Virus record (IMG/VR): IMGVR_UViG_2791355419_000001
Coordinates: 1,323 to 65,322 of that record
Length of the DNA: 64,000 bases
Strand: one strand, 5' to 3'
Source: a virus
Lineage: Duplodnaviria > Caudoviricetes
A program made the position numbers and the translations under genes. Below, one piece after another: positions 1 to 8,864 of the stretch. Positions within the stretch are counted from its first letter, which is position 1. Each line of letters begins with the position of its first letter. The notes beneath the pieces were generated by a model, which saw only the letters and a list, made by a program, of their open reading frames with translations, ran no database searches and had not been told where the DNA came from.

Positions 1-71
1 GCGCCATCTGTCACCTCACGCACTGATCGTTCGAACAGTAGAACCTTGGCATGGTGTGGGGGAGTTGACCA

Positions 72-287
72 TCAGCCGGTTACTGCCCTGAGCGTGCGGT
101 AGACGGTGTCGTTGTCGATGCGGCGCCAGCCGGTGGCTGTCGTGCGCAGTATCTGCTGCAACGCGACCGCGCCAGGCTTGGTGATCAGCTTCTTGTCGAT
201 GTAGATCGTGAAGCAGTCCGGCTCATCGACTACCCAGACTTGCGTGTTGAACGGCATGGCCGAAACACGCAGAACCCGCAGGTACAT
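72..287 (-). CDS. Hypothetical protein downstream of repressor
   Basis: ORF from ATG 287 with GGGGGA RBS, co-oriented with repressor. Confidence 0.6.
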   Translation of the reverse strand: MYLRVLRVSAMPFNTQVWVVDEPDCFTIYIDKKLITKPGAVALQQILRTTATGWRRIDNDTVYRTLRAVTG

Positions 288-393
288 AGGTCCCCCAAGA
301 CCACTGCGGGCGCCCCCCATTGTGGTGTCCCGGTATGAGACCACACTTACGGGCGGTTACAGCAGGGGATGTGAGCAATATGTGTGCGTGATG

Positions 394-936
394 TTACGAA
401 CCGTTCGCAGCCTGCTGTTCATCGTCATCGTCGTCGTCGGGCAGGCGGTGCAGCTGCTCCTCGGTCTTCCGCCACGCGAGCAGGGCCTCCTGGATCTGCT
501 CTGGGGTGGCGTCCGGGTTGCCGTGCACGACGACGGTCATGCGCGCGCCGTCAGTGCCGGGAAGACGGATGACGGCGCTGTCGAGCAGGGGATCGTCGCT
601 CTCCAGTTCATCGACAATCCGCAAGGGGAGCTTCCGGCGCAACCTGTCAGAATCCTGGCGGCTGCCACTGTCGGCTGAAGCGCTAATTGCGATGGGCTCT
701 CCGCCGTCGAGGATGAGACGGCCGGACCCGGCGACCCATCCGAGGTGAGGCTCGATCTTGGCCAAGGTCTGAGGCATACGACTGCGCGGCTTGCCGCTTT
801 CGAGGTTCTGGACGCTCCCCTCGGCGACGCCGGCGAGCTCGGCGAGGGCTTCCTGCGAAAGGCCGCGCGCTTCGCGGGCTGCCCGGATGGCGGTTGCGAG
901 CGCGGCCCAGTGCAGTTTGGTCCGGTCCTCTGTCAT
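394..936 (-). CDS. XRE-family HTH prophage repressor
   Basis: IRAAREARGLSQEALAELAGVAEGSVQNLESG is a classic HTH_3; divergent from cro-like gene; start uncertain. Confidence 0.88.
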   Translation of the reverse strand: MTEDRTKLHWAALATAIRAAREARGLSQEALAELAGVAEGSVQNLESGKPRSRMPQTLAKIEPHLGWVAGSGRLILDGGEPIAISASADSGSRQDSDRLRRKLPLRIVDELESDDPLLDSAVIRLPGTDGARMTVVVHGNPDATPEQIQEALLAWRKTEEQLHRLPDDDDDDEQQAANGS

Positions 937-1019
937 GGCTTTCATCATGCCGCACCGTTTGGCAACACGCACCTATCGAATCCCCTAATTGACCAGGATT
1001 GATCGGGCTTGGGGGAGCG

Positions 1020-1205
1020 TTTTTGTTGCCTCGTTGGCGCCTCGTTGCGCATGCGCCCCGTATGTGCGCCCTCGCGCGCCGTGCATCTCTGGCCACAGAT
1101 TCACGGGTTCGGCCCTACGAAGCACCCAAGTAGACCCAAGGAACACCCAACGAATCCCGCGCAACCCCTTGCGTGTGCCGCTTCATTGCGTCTACGTTGT
1201 GCCTC
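1020..1205. promoter_or_regulatory. Divergent repressor/cro control region with short direct repeats
   Basis: GCCTCGTTG at 1028 and 1039; ACCCAA at 1124, 1134, 1145 (about one helical turn apart). Confidence 0.5.
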
Positions 1206-1424
1206 GTGAGACCCAACGGAGACGCAATGAAGGCCATCCGCACGGCACGGGGGATTGGCCTGCGGCGTCTCGCCGAAGCCATCGGCATCGACCCCGGCTA
1301 CCTCTCCCGCATCGAGAACAACAAGCAGGGAGCAGCCAGGGGGACCCTCCACCGCTACGCCGAAGTGCTCAGCGTGCCCATAGAAGCCATCACCCACGAG
1401 GAGAAGCCCCGTGACCAGGAATGA
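1206..1424 (+). CDS. Cro-like XRE HTH protein
   Basis: IRTARGIGLRRLAEAIGIDPGYLSRIEN HTH_3 motif. Confidence 0.85.
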   Translation: MRPNGDAMKAIRTARGIGLRRLAEAIGIDPGYLSRIENNKQGAARGTLHRYAEVLSVPIEAITHEEKPRDQE

Positions 1425-1734
1425 CCTGGCTCCCCCCACTGAGTCCACCGCCGAGACCACGCTGATCCTGCGCCTGACGGAAATCAAGGAAGCCGTCGAG
1501 CGCCTCGCTGCAGCCCCCACGTCCGCCGAGCTGGAGCTCATGGCGTTCACGCCGGCCAAGGCCGCGGAACTGCTCGGCAAGACCGAGAACTGGGTGATCG
1601 AGGCCTGCCAGCAGGGCCGTATCCCCTTCACCTACGTCGGGAAGTCGCCGCGTCTCACCGCCGCCCACATCCGCTGGGTGCAGGCCAACGGCGAGCGCTT
1701 GCCCAACAGGTACGCGAAGCCGATCGCCGCCTGA
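1411..1734 (+). CDS. Excisionase-like (HTH_17) DNA-binding protein
   Basis: FTPAKAAELLGKTENWVIEACQQGRIPFTYVGKSPRLT motif. Confidence 0.75.
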   Translation: MTRNDLAPPTESTAETTLILRLTEIKEAVERLAAAPTSAELELMAFTPAKAAELLGKTENWVIEACQQGRIPFTYVGKSPRLTAAHIRWVQANGERLPNRYAKPIAA

Positions 1735-1837
1735 GCGGCTTTGAGCCCCAACCGCCGTTGCGACCGGCAGCCGGGGCCCTGCGGCAAACGCCGCGCGATC
1801 CACCCACAGATCCCTGAGAGAAACAGGAGTGGACCCA

Positions 1838-2692
1838 GTGACCATGGTCCCAGATCAGCACGGTGAGTTGATCCTCACCGAGTCCCGCACGATGCGGGCT
1901 CAGACCGCCGGCCGTGTCGATGTCCTCGACAAGGTGAAGGCGCTGGCGCTGCTGCCAGACGGCGTGCACGCCACCACAGACATCGTCTCTTCGTACTACG
2001 AGGTCGACGTCGAAGCCATCCACAGTCTTGTGCGGCGCAACCGCGACGAGTTGACCGAGAACGGGATGCGCACGCTCAAGGGCGACGACCTGCGTGCGTT
2101 TGAGGCGGTCAACCTGACCACCTCAAAGCGGCAGGCCCTTCGCGTCTTCTCTCGCCGCACGATCCTGAACGTCGGCCAGCTGCTGACCGAGTCGGACGTC
2201 GCCCGTCAGGTGCGCACCTACCTGCTGGACGTCGAGGAGATCGCAACGCCGGCGCAGCGCATCGAGGGCGTGGAGCGGGCGCAGCTGGCCCGTGAGCGGC
2301 TGACCGCGATGGGTGTGGCGAAGCAGTTCGGCCTCGTCAACTCCTCTTACGTCGAGGCGATGGCCCGCACGGAGTTGGCGCGGATGAACGGCGAGGAGCC
2401 CGACATCGACCCCGCCGACATGACCATCACCTGCGACGAGTACCTCGACGGCCGCGTCGCGCGAGCTGATCTCGGATCGGCTCGTACCCGCCTGGGGAAG
2501 ACCGTCGCGGCCCTTTACCGGGCCCGCTACGACGGCAAGGACCCGCAGAAGATCAAGCGCCCGATCCACGGCGTGCACCGCGAGGTGGCCGTGTACACGC
2601 ACCGGGACATCGACCTGTTCGACACCGCCTGGGTTGAGGTCTCGAAGCACTACGACGTCCAGGACCGCTTCGAGCTGGGCGGTGCGGCATGA
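1838..2692 (+). CDS. Antirepressor-like DNA-binding protein (ORF6N-like N-terminus)
   Basis: TTDIVSSYYEVDVEAIHSLVRRNRDEL...FSRRTILNVGQLLTESDVARQVRTYLL pattern; position after cro. Confidence 0.55.
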   Translation: MTMVPDQHGELILTESRTMRAQTAGRVDVLDKVKALALLPDGVHATTDIVSSYYEVDVEAIHSLVRRNRDELTENGMRTLKGDDLRAFEAVNLTTSKRQALRVFSRRTILNVGQLLTESDVARQVRTYLLDVEEIATPAQRIEGVERAQLARERLTAMGVAKQFGLVNSSYVEAMARTELARMNGEEPDIDPADMTITCDEYLDGRVARADLGSARTRLGKTVAALYRARYDGKDPQKIKRPIHGVHREVAVYTHRDIDLFDTAWVEVSKHYDVQDRFELGGAA

Positions 2693-2958
2693 CCGACCTG
2701 ACCCCGTTCGACGTGATCACCGCGAAGCTGCCGCAACTGTCCGCGTGGCAGGCCGTGTGGAACGAGGCGGAGGAACTGCTGGCCGAGGCGCACCCGGAGG
2801 GCTACGACGTCCTCGACATCGGCCGCATCGCCTTCGACTGCCTGCCCGAGGACGAGAAGCCGGCCGCGTTGGACGCGCTCTTCTACTGCTGGTGGACGGC
2901 ACTCCAGTCCGACCGCGAAGCCCGCGCCCGCTACGAGGCGATCGGCGGTGCGCTGTGA
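2689..2958 (+). CDS. Hypothetical phage protein
   Basis: ATGA-coupled ORF. Confidence 0.7.
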   Translation: MTDLTPFDVITAKLPQLSAWQAVWNEAEELLAEAHPEGYDVLDIGRIAFDCLPEDEKPAALDALFYCWWTALQSDREARARYEAIGGAL

Positions 2959-3137
2959 CTGTCGACGCCGCTGTCTCGAAGCTCCGCTGGCTGCTGGCCC
3001 ACCCCGAGGCCGTGGCTGCCGCGAAGCCCGCTTCGGACGGTGAGGCCGCCGAGCTGCGGCATCTGCTGTACGACGCCGACCCGGACGCCACCACCACACC
3101 CCTGCCCTACCCGAACCCGCTGGAGGCGTCGTCGTGA
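2955..3137 (+). CDS. Hypothetical phage protein
   Basis: GTGA-coupled ORF. Confidence 0.6.
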   Translation: MTVDAAVSKLRWLLAHPEAVAAAKPASDGEAAELRHLLYDADPDATTTPLPYPNPLEASS

Positions 3138-3349
3138 CTGCGATCTCTCTGCTGGCCATCAAGGTCGACAGCCCGCCCGAGCAGATCCGCCTCGACACCG
3201 AGCACGGGCTCGTTCTGCGCCTGGAGGCCGGGGTGCACCTCAACCTCACCGACACATCCGAAGAGACCTGCACGGCGCTGGCCAAGCTTCTGATGGACGC
3301 CGCGTCCCTGAAGCGGCTTAAGGCCCTGCGCCTGCGGGAGGTGGCGTGA
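3134..3349 (+). CDS. Hypothetical phage protein
   Basis: GTGA-coupled ORF. Confidence 0.65.
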   Translation: MTAISLLAIKVDSPPEQIRLDTEHGLVLRLEAGVHLNLTDTSEETCTALAKLLMDAASLKRLKALRLREVA

Positions 3350-3519
3350 TGGCGACGCCGACCCGCCTCGCCGACGTCGTTGAGGAAGCTCTCATCCGCG
3401 TGTGGACCGCAGCTCACCGCGAGTTCGGCCCCGACGAGCGCACGTGGACGCCGGGCCAGATCCGCGAGTACGAGCTGCGTCTCGACGCCGCACGCCTCGA
3501 CCCTGCGGTGGTGGCGTGA
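3349..3519 (+). CDS. Hypothetical phage protein (56 aa, not in ORF track)
   Basis: TGATG coupling at both ends; MATPTRLADVVEEALIRVW... Confidence 0.6.
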   Translation: MATPTRLADVVEEALIRVWTAAHREFGPDERTWTPGQIREYELRLDAARLDPAVVA

Positions 3520-3731
3520 TGAGCATCCTCGACCTTCCGCCCACCCCGGCCGACGCCACCCCGGTGATACTGCCCGGCCTCCTCACCGGCCTCGGCATCA
3601 CAAGCCGCCTGGTGCCCGCCTGGATCACCGACCCGGACCTGATCGACGACATCCTCGCCGGTCACGCCGACATCCCCGCCGACCTCGTGGGCGACGCCGC
3701 TATCGACCGCACCGGACTGGAGACGCCGTGA
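3519..3731 (+). CDS. Hypothetical phage protein
   Basis: TGATG-coupled ORF. Confidence 0.6.
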   Translation: MSILDLPPTPADATPVILPGLLTGLGITSRLVPAWITDPDLIDDILAGHADIPADLVGDAAIDRTGLETP

Positions 3732-3832
3732 TCTGGCTGCTTAACGGCCTGCTCATCACAGGGACCGTCTTCCTCCTCCTCTTCGGCGAGTACATCGCCG
3801 ACCGCCTCACCAACCGCCGGGAGAGCCAGTGA
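3728..3832 (+). CDS. Small membrane protein
   Basis: Single hydrophobic stretch IWLLNGLLITGTVFLLLF, coupled ORF. Confidence 0.55.
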   Translation: MIWLLNGLLITGTVFLLLFGEYIADRLTNRRESQ

Positions 3833-4293
3833 GCGCCATATCCATCGGGGCCACCGGGAAGCACACCGCGGCCTACGCCGAACTCCGCACCCACGCCCAC
3901 CGAGTTGAGGCCGACAACCGTGAGTTGACCGGGGCTGTCGAGGACCGGGAGCGGGAGATCCACACCGCGCTGCTCCGTGGCTGCCAGGACGCCATGCTCA
4001 TCGCCCAACTCCAGGCCGAGCGTGACGCGCTGGTGAAGGCCAACGAGAACCTGCGGCACGCCGCAGTCCGCGCGAAGGCCGAGCAGGAGCGACTGCGCCG
4101 CGCCGTCGTCAACGCCCGGCCGAAGATCACCGTCGGCTACCAGAACCTCGACCGGCCCTACGTGTCCCACGTGCAGGTCCCGTACCCGGTGCCCGTCGGG
4201 CAGTCCACCGCCAACGACGAAACGCAGCAGCTGCCCGTCATCGAACTGCCCCAGCCCGGGCCGTGGCCGACGTACCGGATGCGCACCGCCTGA
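3829..4293 (+). CDS. Coiled-coil hypothetical protein
   Basis: Coupled ORF, heptad-rich middle. Confidence 0.7.
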   Translation: MSAISIGATGKHTAAYAELRTHAHRVEADNRELTGAVEDREREIHTALLRGCQDAMLIAQLQAERDALVKANENLRHAAVRAKAEQERLRRAVVNARPKITVGYQNLDRPYVSHVQVPYPVPVGQSTANDETQQLPVIELPQPGPWPTYRMRTA

Positions 4294-4429
4294 TCCACAA
4301 CCTCCCCATACGCGGCGTCGAGCACCGCTTCCCCCCAGCAGCTCCGCCGCAGCCGAGGCCTCGCCGCCCCACCAACCCCCCGGTCACGGGCGGCGAGGCC
4401 CGGCACCCCACACCTTGAAACGGAGAACC

Positions 4430-4774
4430 ATGAGCACCAGCAGCCCCACCATTCCCGCCGAGACCGCACGCCACGTGCTGTGGATGTTCGGCCACAAGGG
4501 CGGCTACCAGCCCGGCACCTTCAGCCAGAAGCTCCTTGAGCTCCTCGCCTACGCCCCGCCCGTCCAGATGGCGAAGCTCGCTCTCGGCTACCCCGTCGAG
4601 ACCGAAGCCGTCCGCATGGCCAAGTACGACGAGGACGGCATCGGCAAGCTCAAGAAGGCCGCCGGGCTGCTCTGCATCCGCTGTGGCGACGAAGACGGCC
4701 CGTTCGTCGGTGCCCCCAAGCAGCCGCTGTGCGAGCCCTGCGCCCGCCCCATGCCCCTGGACGGTGTTGCGTGA
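4430..4774 (+). CDS. Hypothetical protein with C-terminal zinc finger
   Basis: GGAG RBS; CIRC...CEPC. Confidence 0.7.
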   Translation: MSTSSPTIPAETARHVLWMFGHKGGYQPGTFSQKLLELLAYAPPVQMAKLALGYPVETEAVRMAKYDEDGIGKLKKAAGLLCIRCGDEDGPFVGAPKQPLCEPCARPMPLDGVA

Positions 4775-5613
4775 CCGCCGCGGTGGAGGTCGAGGGGCCG
4801 GCCGAGGTCGAGCCGGGCCTGTACGACATCCCCGCCGAGCTGTACCACGCCGATCCGATCCCCGGCGGCAGCCTCTCCTCGACCGGAGCCCGCAAGCTCG
4901 CCACCCTGTGCCCCGCCAAGTTCAAGTACTGGTCCGAGCACCCGCAGCCGCCGAAGAAGGAATTCGACCTCGGCACCGCCGCCCACACCCTCGTCCTCGG
5001 CAACGGGCCCGAACTGGTCGTCGTCAACGCGGAGAAGTGGACCACCAACGCCGTCAAGGCGGAGGTCGCCGCGATCCGCGCCGAGGGCAAGACGCCGCTC
5101 AAGCCGTCCGAGCTGGAGCAGGTCAAGGCCATGGTCGCCGCACTGCGCGCCGACGAGGAGGCGTCTGCGCTACTCCACCCCGAGTCCGGTGTCGCCGAAC
5201 AGTCCGCCTTCTGGGAGGACAACGGCATCTGGCGCCGGGCCCGCTTCGACTGGCTCCGTCACGACGGCCAACTCGTCGACTACAAGACCACCAAGTCCGC
5301 GAACCCGATCGACCTTCCCAAGGTCATCCACGACTGGGGTTACCACCAGCAGCAGGAGTACTACCTCGACGCCGGCCTCGCCCTCGACCTGGTCGACCCC
5401 GAGAAGCCGTTCCAGTTCGTGCTGCAGGAGAAGGAACCGCCCTACCTCGTCGTCGTCACGACCTGCGACCCGATGGCCCGAGAAGTCGGCCGCCACCTCA
5501 ACACGGTCGCCCTGAACGCCTACGCCATCTGCCGCGAGAACGGCGAATGGCCCGGCTACATGCCCAACCCGATGACCGCGCTGCCCTCGTGGGTCGAGCG
5601 CCAGTACGCCTAG
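4771..5613 (+). CDS. RecE-like PD-(D/E)XK exonuclease (DUF3799-type)
   Basis: YHAD..LSSTGARKL, FDLGTAAH, RARFDWL, VDYKT, YHQQQEYY motifs. Confidence 0.88.
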   Translation: MTAAVEVEGPAEVEPGLYDIPAELYHADPIPGGSLSSTGARKLATLCPAKFKYWSEHPQPPKKEFDLGTAAHTLVLGNGPELVVVNAEKWTTNAVKAEVAAIRAEGKTPLKPSELEQVKAMVAALRADEEASALLHPESGVAEQSAFWEDNGIWRRARFDWLRHDGQLVDYKTTKSANPIDLPKVIHDWGYHQQQEYYLDAGLALDLVDPEKPFQFVLQEKEPPYLVVVTTCDPMAREVGRHLNTVALNAYAICRENGEWPGYMPNPMTALPSWVERQYA

Positions 5614-5624
5614 GAGAACCATTC

Positions 5625-6407
5625 ATGTCCCAGCTTCCGCCGCCTGTCCGCACCGGACGCCCCGCCGCCGAACAGAACGGCTCCTCAGGGCAGTTCGCGT
5701 TCCGACCCGCCAGTAAGGCAGGCCGCAAAGCCCGCCTGTCCATCCAGGGGTTGTCCGGCTCCGGCAAGACCTGGACGGGCCTCGGCATCGCCCACGGCCT
5801 GTCCGAGGGGCGCCGCTTCGCCGTCATCGACACCGAGAAGGGCGCCGCCAGCCTGTACGCCGGGATCGGCGGCATCCAGTTCGACACGCTGCCCATGGAC
5901 CGCTACGACCCCCGCGACCTCGGCCGCGCCCTGGAAGCCGCCGCGCAAGCCGGCTACCCGACCGTCTTCGTCGACAGCCTGTCCCACTTCTGGAAGGGCA
6001 CCGACGGCACCCTCGACCAGGTCGAGAAGGCCAAGGCGAAGTACGGCGGCAACAAGTTCGCCGGTTGGAAAGACGGCACCCCCATGCAGAACGACATGGT
6101 CGCCGCGATCCTCGACTACCCCGGCCACGTCGTCGCCTCGATGCGCTCCTACACCGAGTGGGTGCTGGAGGGCGGCAAGCCGCAGCGGGTCGGCATGCGG
6201 CCCGAGCAGCGCAAGGGCATCGAGTACGAGTTCGACGTCGCGGTGGCCATGGACATCGACAACACGCTCGAAGTCCTCAAGTCCCGCTGCCCGGCCCTGA
6301 ACCGCAAGGTCATCCAGCGCCCGCAGGGAGCCCGCGACATCGCCGGCCCGCTCCTCGCCTGGCTGAGCGCCGAGCCGGAAGCCCAGCCCGCGCCCGAGCA
6401 GCAGTAG
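5625..6407 (+). CDS. AAA_24-type ATPase, putative phage recombination protein (Sak4-like)
   Basis: Walker A GLSGSGKT, IDTE, VDSLSHFW, EYEFD; follows exonuclease. Confidence 0.8.
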   Translation: MSQLPPPVRTGRPAAEQNGSSGQFAFRPASKAGRKARLSIQGLSGSGKTWTGLGIAHGLSEGRRFAVIDTEKGAASLYAGIGGIQFDTLPMDRYDPRDLGRALEAAAQAGYPTVFVDSLSHFWKGTDGTLDQVEKAKAKYGGNKFAGWKDGTPMQNDMVAAILDYPGHVVASMRSYTEWVLEGGKPQRVGMRPEQRKGIEYEFDVAVAMDIDNTLEVLKSRCPALNRKVIQRPQGARDIAGPLLAWLSAEPEAQPAPEQQ

Positions 6408-6472
6408 CCCACCTCGTTCGGCGGTCGGCCGCACCCGTAATGCGGCCGGCCGCCGCCTCCAAGGAGACCACG

Positions 6473-6952
6473 ATGACCCATCTCCCGTACACCGACGCCG
6501 ACCTCCGCGCCGAGGCGGCCCGCCAGTACGCCGAGGTCCTGCGCGCCCCGGATCGCCTTGAAGTGGGCGACGAGATGCGGAACACCCCCATCCCGTCCGC
6601 TGTCGGCGGTCCGAACGCCGAGGACGGCATCACCTGGGGCCACCTGCCCTACGACGACTTCCACGACGCCAGCCGCGAAGTCCACGAACTACTGGACGAC
6701 GCCCCCGACCTCTCCCGCTGGGCGGTCGACCTCGCTGCCAGCCACCTGACCCGCACCACCGAACTCACCTGGGGCCACGGCAGCAACTGGGCGCTCGCCG
6801 TGCAGCTCGCCCACCGGCCCCGCCTGAGCCCCGACCTGCACAACGAACTCGTCACCGCCATCCGCGGCGCGGTCCGCCTCGTCCTCGACAACCGCAGCAT
6901 CGACACCCCCGAGATCAGGCAGCAGGCCGCGACCGAGGAGGCGACCCGATGA
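6473..6952 (+). CDS. Hypothetical phage protein
   Basis: AAGGAG RBS, GC3-rich ORF. Confidence 0.7.
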   Translation: MTHLPYTDADLRAEAARQYAEVLRAPDRLEVGDEMRNTPIPSAVGGPNAEDGITWGHLPYDDFHDASREVHELLDDAPDLSRWAVDLAASHLTRTTELTWGHGSNWALAVQLAHRPRLSPDLHNELVTAIRGAVRLVLDNRSIDTPEIRQQAATEEATR

Positions 6953-7350
6953 CGACGCTCCCCGAGTCGACGCTGCTCGTCTGGTACTGCCGCCGCTGCG
7001 ACAAGTCGTGCAAGGTGCAGCCCCCGGACCCCGAGCAGGTCGCCTGCCGCTGCGACAACCCCGTCCCCGGCCTGCGCCCCACCCGCGTCACCGTCCTGCA
7101 CGCCCCGAAGCCGCGCCCCCTGCACGCCCTCAGCGACGAAGAAGCCCGACTCCGGGCGCTCGCCCGCAAAGGCACGAAGGTGCGGGTCACGTTCGAGGGC
7201 GAGATCGCCGACGCCTTGCAGTGGTCCAGCGCAGGCAGGCACGGCATCGACTTCGTCGTCAAGTCGCCGGACGGCCGCCGACACCCCGTCAACGGCACCC
7301 AGCCCGGCCTTCGTATCGAAGCCATCACCGACGAGGAGTCCGCCTCATGA
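6949..7350 (+). CDS. Hypothetical protein with N-terminal Cys motifs
   Basis: Coupled ORF, CRRC...CRC. Confidence 0.7.
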   Translation: MTTLPESTLLVWYCRRCDKSCKVQPPDPEQVACRCDNPVPGLRPTRVTVLHAPKPRPLHALSDEEARLRALARKGTKVRVTFEGEIADALQWSSAGRHGIDFVVKSPDGRRHPVNGTQPGLRIEAITDEESAS

Positions 7351-7676
7351 CCGCGACCGTGCAGCCTGCCCTCGACGGCAGCGTCCCCAAGCCGCGCGCT
7401 CAGCAGCGCATCGACGACTACGAGACGTGGGCCGAGCTGGTCCGCCCCACCTTCGTCGAGGTCGCCAAGACCGGGCAGCCGTTCCTGTTCTGGAAGGTCG
7501 CCCGCGAACACGAACTCCCCGACCCGCCCGACCGCGACCACGACTGGGGAAGGTTCGCCGCCACTCTCCACAAGGACGGCGTCACCCGCTGCGACGGCTT
7601 CGGCCTCACCCGCGACAAATCCTCCGTCCGCCGCTGGCGCGGAACCGTCGCCGCCATGCAGGGGAGGGCCGCATGA
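7347..7676 (+). CDS. Hypothetical phage protein
   Basis: ATGA-coupled ORF. Confidence 0.7.
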   Translation: MTATVQPALDGSVPKPRAQQRIDDYETWAELVRPTFVEVAKTGQPFLFWKVAREHELPDPPDRDHDWGRFAATLHKDGVTRCDGFGLTRDKSSVRRWRGTVAAMQGRAA

Positions 7677-7773
7677 TCGACGTCGCCCTGTTCCTCGCCT
7701 GCTTCACCCTCATGACCGGCATCGCCGCCGTCACCTGCGCGGTTCGCGTCCGCGCCCGGCAGGAGGACGGCGA

Positions 7774-7992
7774 ATGAGCCCCGAGCAGATCGACGCCGCC
7801 ACCAACGCCTGGATCTGGGCCGAAGACCAGGCCGCCATCTACGGGCCCGGCCTCGCCCTCTTCGCCGCCGGCATCGCCGTGTCGTGGGCGTGCGCCCGCG
7901 CCGGCCGGTGGCGGACCAGGCGCCGCGACATCCAACGGCTCGAAGCATTCGCCAACCACCCCGCACACCGCGCCCGGAAGGAGGACCGGTGA
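7774..7992 (+). CDS. Small membrane protein
   Basis: One TM-like segment; preceded by another small TM ORF 7673-7777. Confidence 0.6.
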   Translation: MSPEQIDAATNAWIWAEDQAAIYGPGLALFAAGIAVSWACARAGRWRTRRRDIQRLEAFANHPAHRARKEDR

Positions 7993-8864
7993 CAACCCGC
8001 ACCCTGCCCGACCACGGCACCACCGCCCGCGCCTACGGCAGCCCCGGCTACCGCCCGCCCTGCAAATGCGAGCCCTGCAACGTCGCACGCCGCCGACACC
8101 ACAAGCACGCGCGCGTCCGGCGACAGCTCGGCCGCAGCCCCTTCACCAACCCCGACACCGCCCGCGCGCACCTCCAGGAACTCCACAAGACGATGTCGTG
8201 GAAGACCCTCGAGGCCGCCACAGGAGTACCCATCGGCGGCCTCGTCCTCCTGTACAGCGGGCGCCGCACGAAGATCCGCAACGAAACCCACGCCAAGATC
8301 ATGGCGGTCACGGCGCCCACCCGAGGCGACCGCGGGCAGTACCTCGACGTCACCGGCAGCATGCGCCGCGTCCAAGCACTCTCCGCCATCGGCCACTCCT
8401 ACTCCGCCATGGCCGAAGCCACCGGCAGCGCCCGCAACCGGATCCTCTCCATCGCCAACGGACGGCAGCCCACCATCCGCCGCGACCTCGCCGAACGCAT
8501 CGACGCCGCCTACCAGCAGCTCGCCTTCATGCCGCCACCGGCCAACAAGTTCACCAACCGCACCCGCAACTTCGCCCGCGCCAACGGCTGGCGCGACCCC
8601 CAGTGGTGGGAGGACTACGGGCACATCGACGACCCCGACTTCAACCCGGCGACCGCCGACCGCGAACTCGGCCGAGACGAACTCGCCGAACTCCGCCGCG
8701 AAGAGATCGAACACCTCGCCAAGTTCGGCCACAACCCCGACCAGATCCACACCCGACTCGGCGGCGAAGTCTCCATCTCCACCGTCCGCGCCATCTACCG
8801 CGAATGGGCCACCGGCACCCGCCGCAACCGCCACCCCGACACCGAACAGGAGCTCGCCGCATGA
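7989..8864 (+). CDS. Multi-HTH DNA-binding protein with CxCxxC motif
   Basis: HGTTARAY..CKCEPC, RRVQALSAIGHS HTH-like repeats typical of actinophage early proteins. Confidence 0.7.
   Translation: MTTRTLPDHGTTARAYGSPGYRPPCKCEPCNVARRRHHKHARVRRQLGRSPFTNPDTARAHLQELHKTMSWKTLEAATGVPIGGLVLLYSGRRTKIRNETHAKIMAVTAPTRGDRGQYLDVTGSMRRVQALSAIGHSYSAMAEATGSARNRILSIANGRQPTIRRDLAERIDAAYQQLAFMPPPANKFTNRTRNFARANGWRDPQWWEDYGHIDDPDFNPATADRELGRDELAELRREEIEHLAKFGHNPDQIHTRLGGEVSISTVRAIYREWATGTRRNRHPDTEQELAA

Noticed and set aside
19-36. LexA box near window start (similar half site at 22002)
   Set aside because: Only one TCGAAC half site matches at correct spacing
4536-6407. 623-aa ORF (and 867-aa 8066-10669, 647-aa 55388-57331) as single genes
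   Set aside because: N-terminal parts overlap real genes in other frames; true starts at 5625, 8861 and 56780
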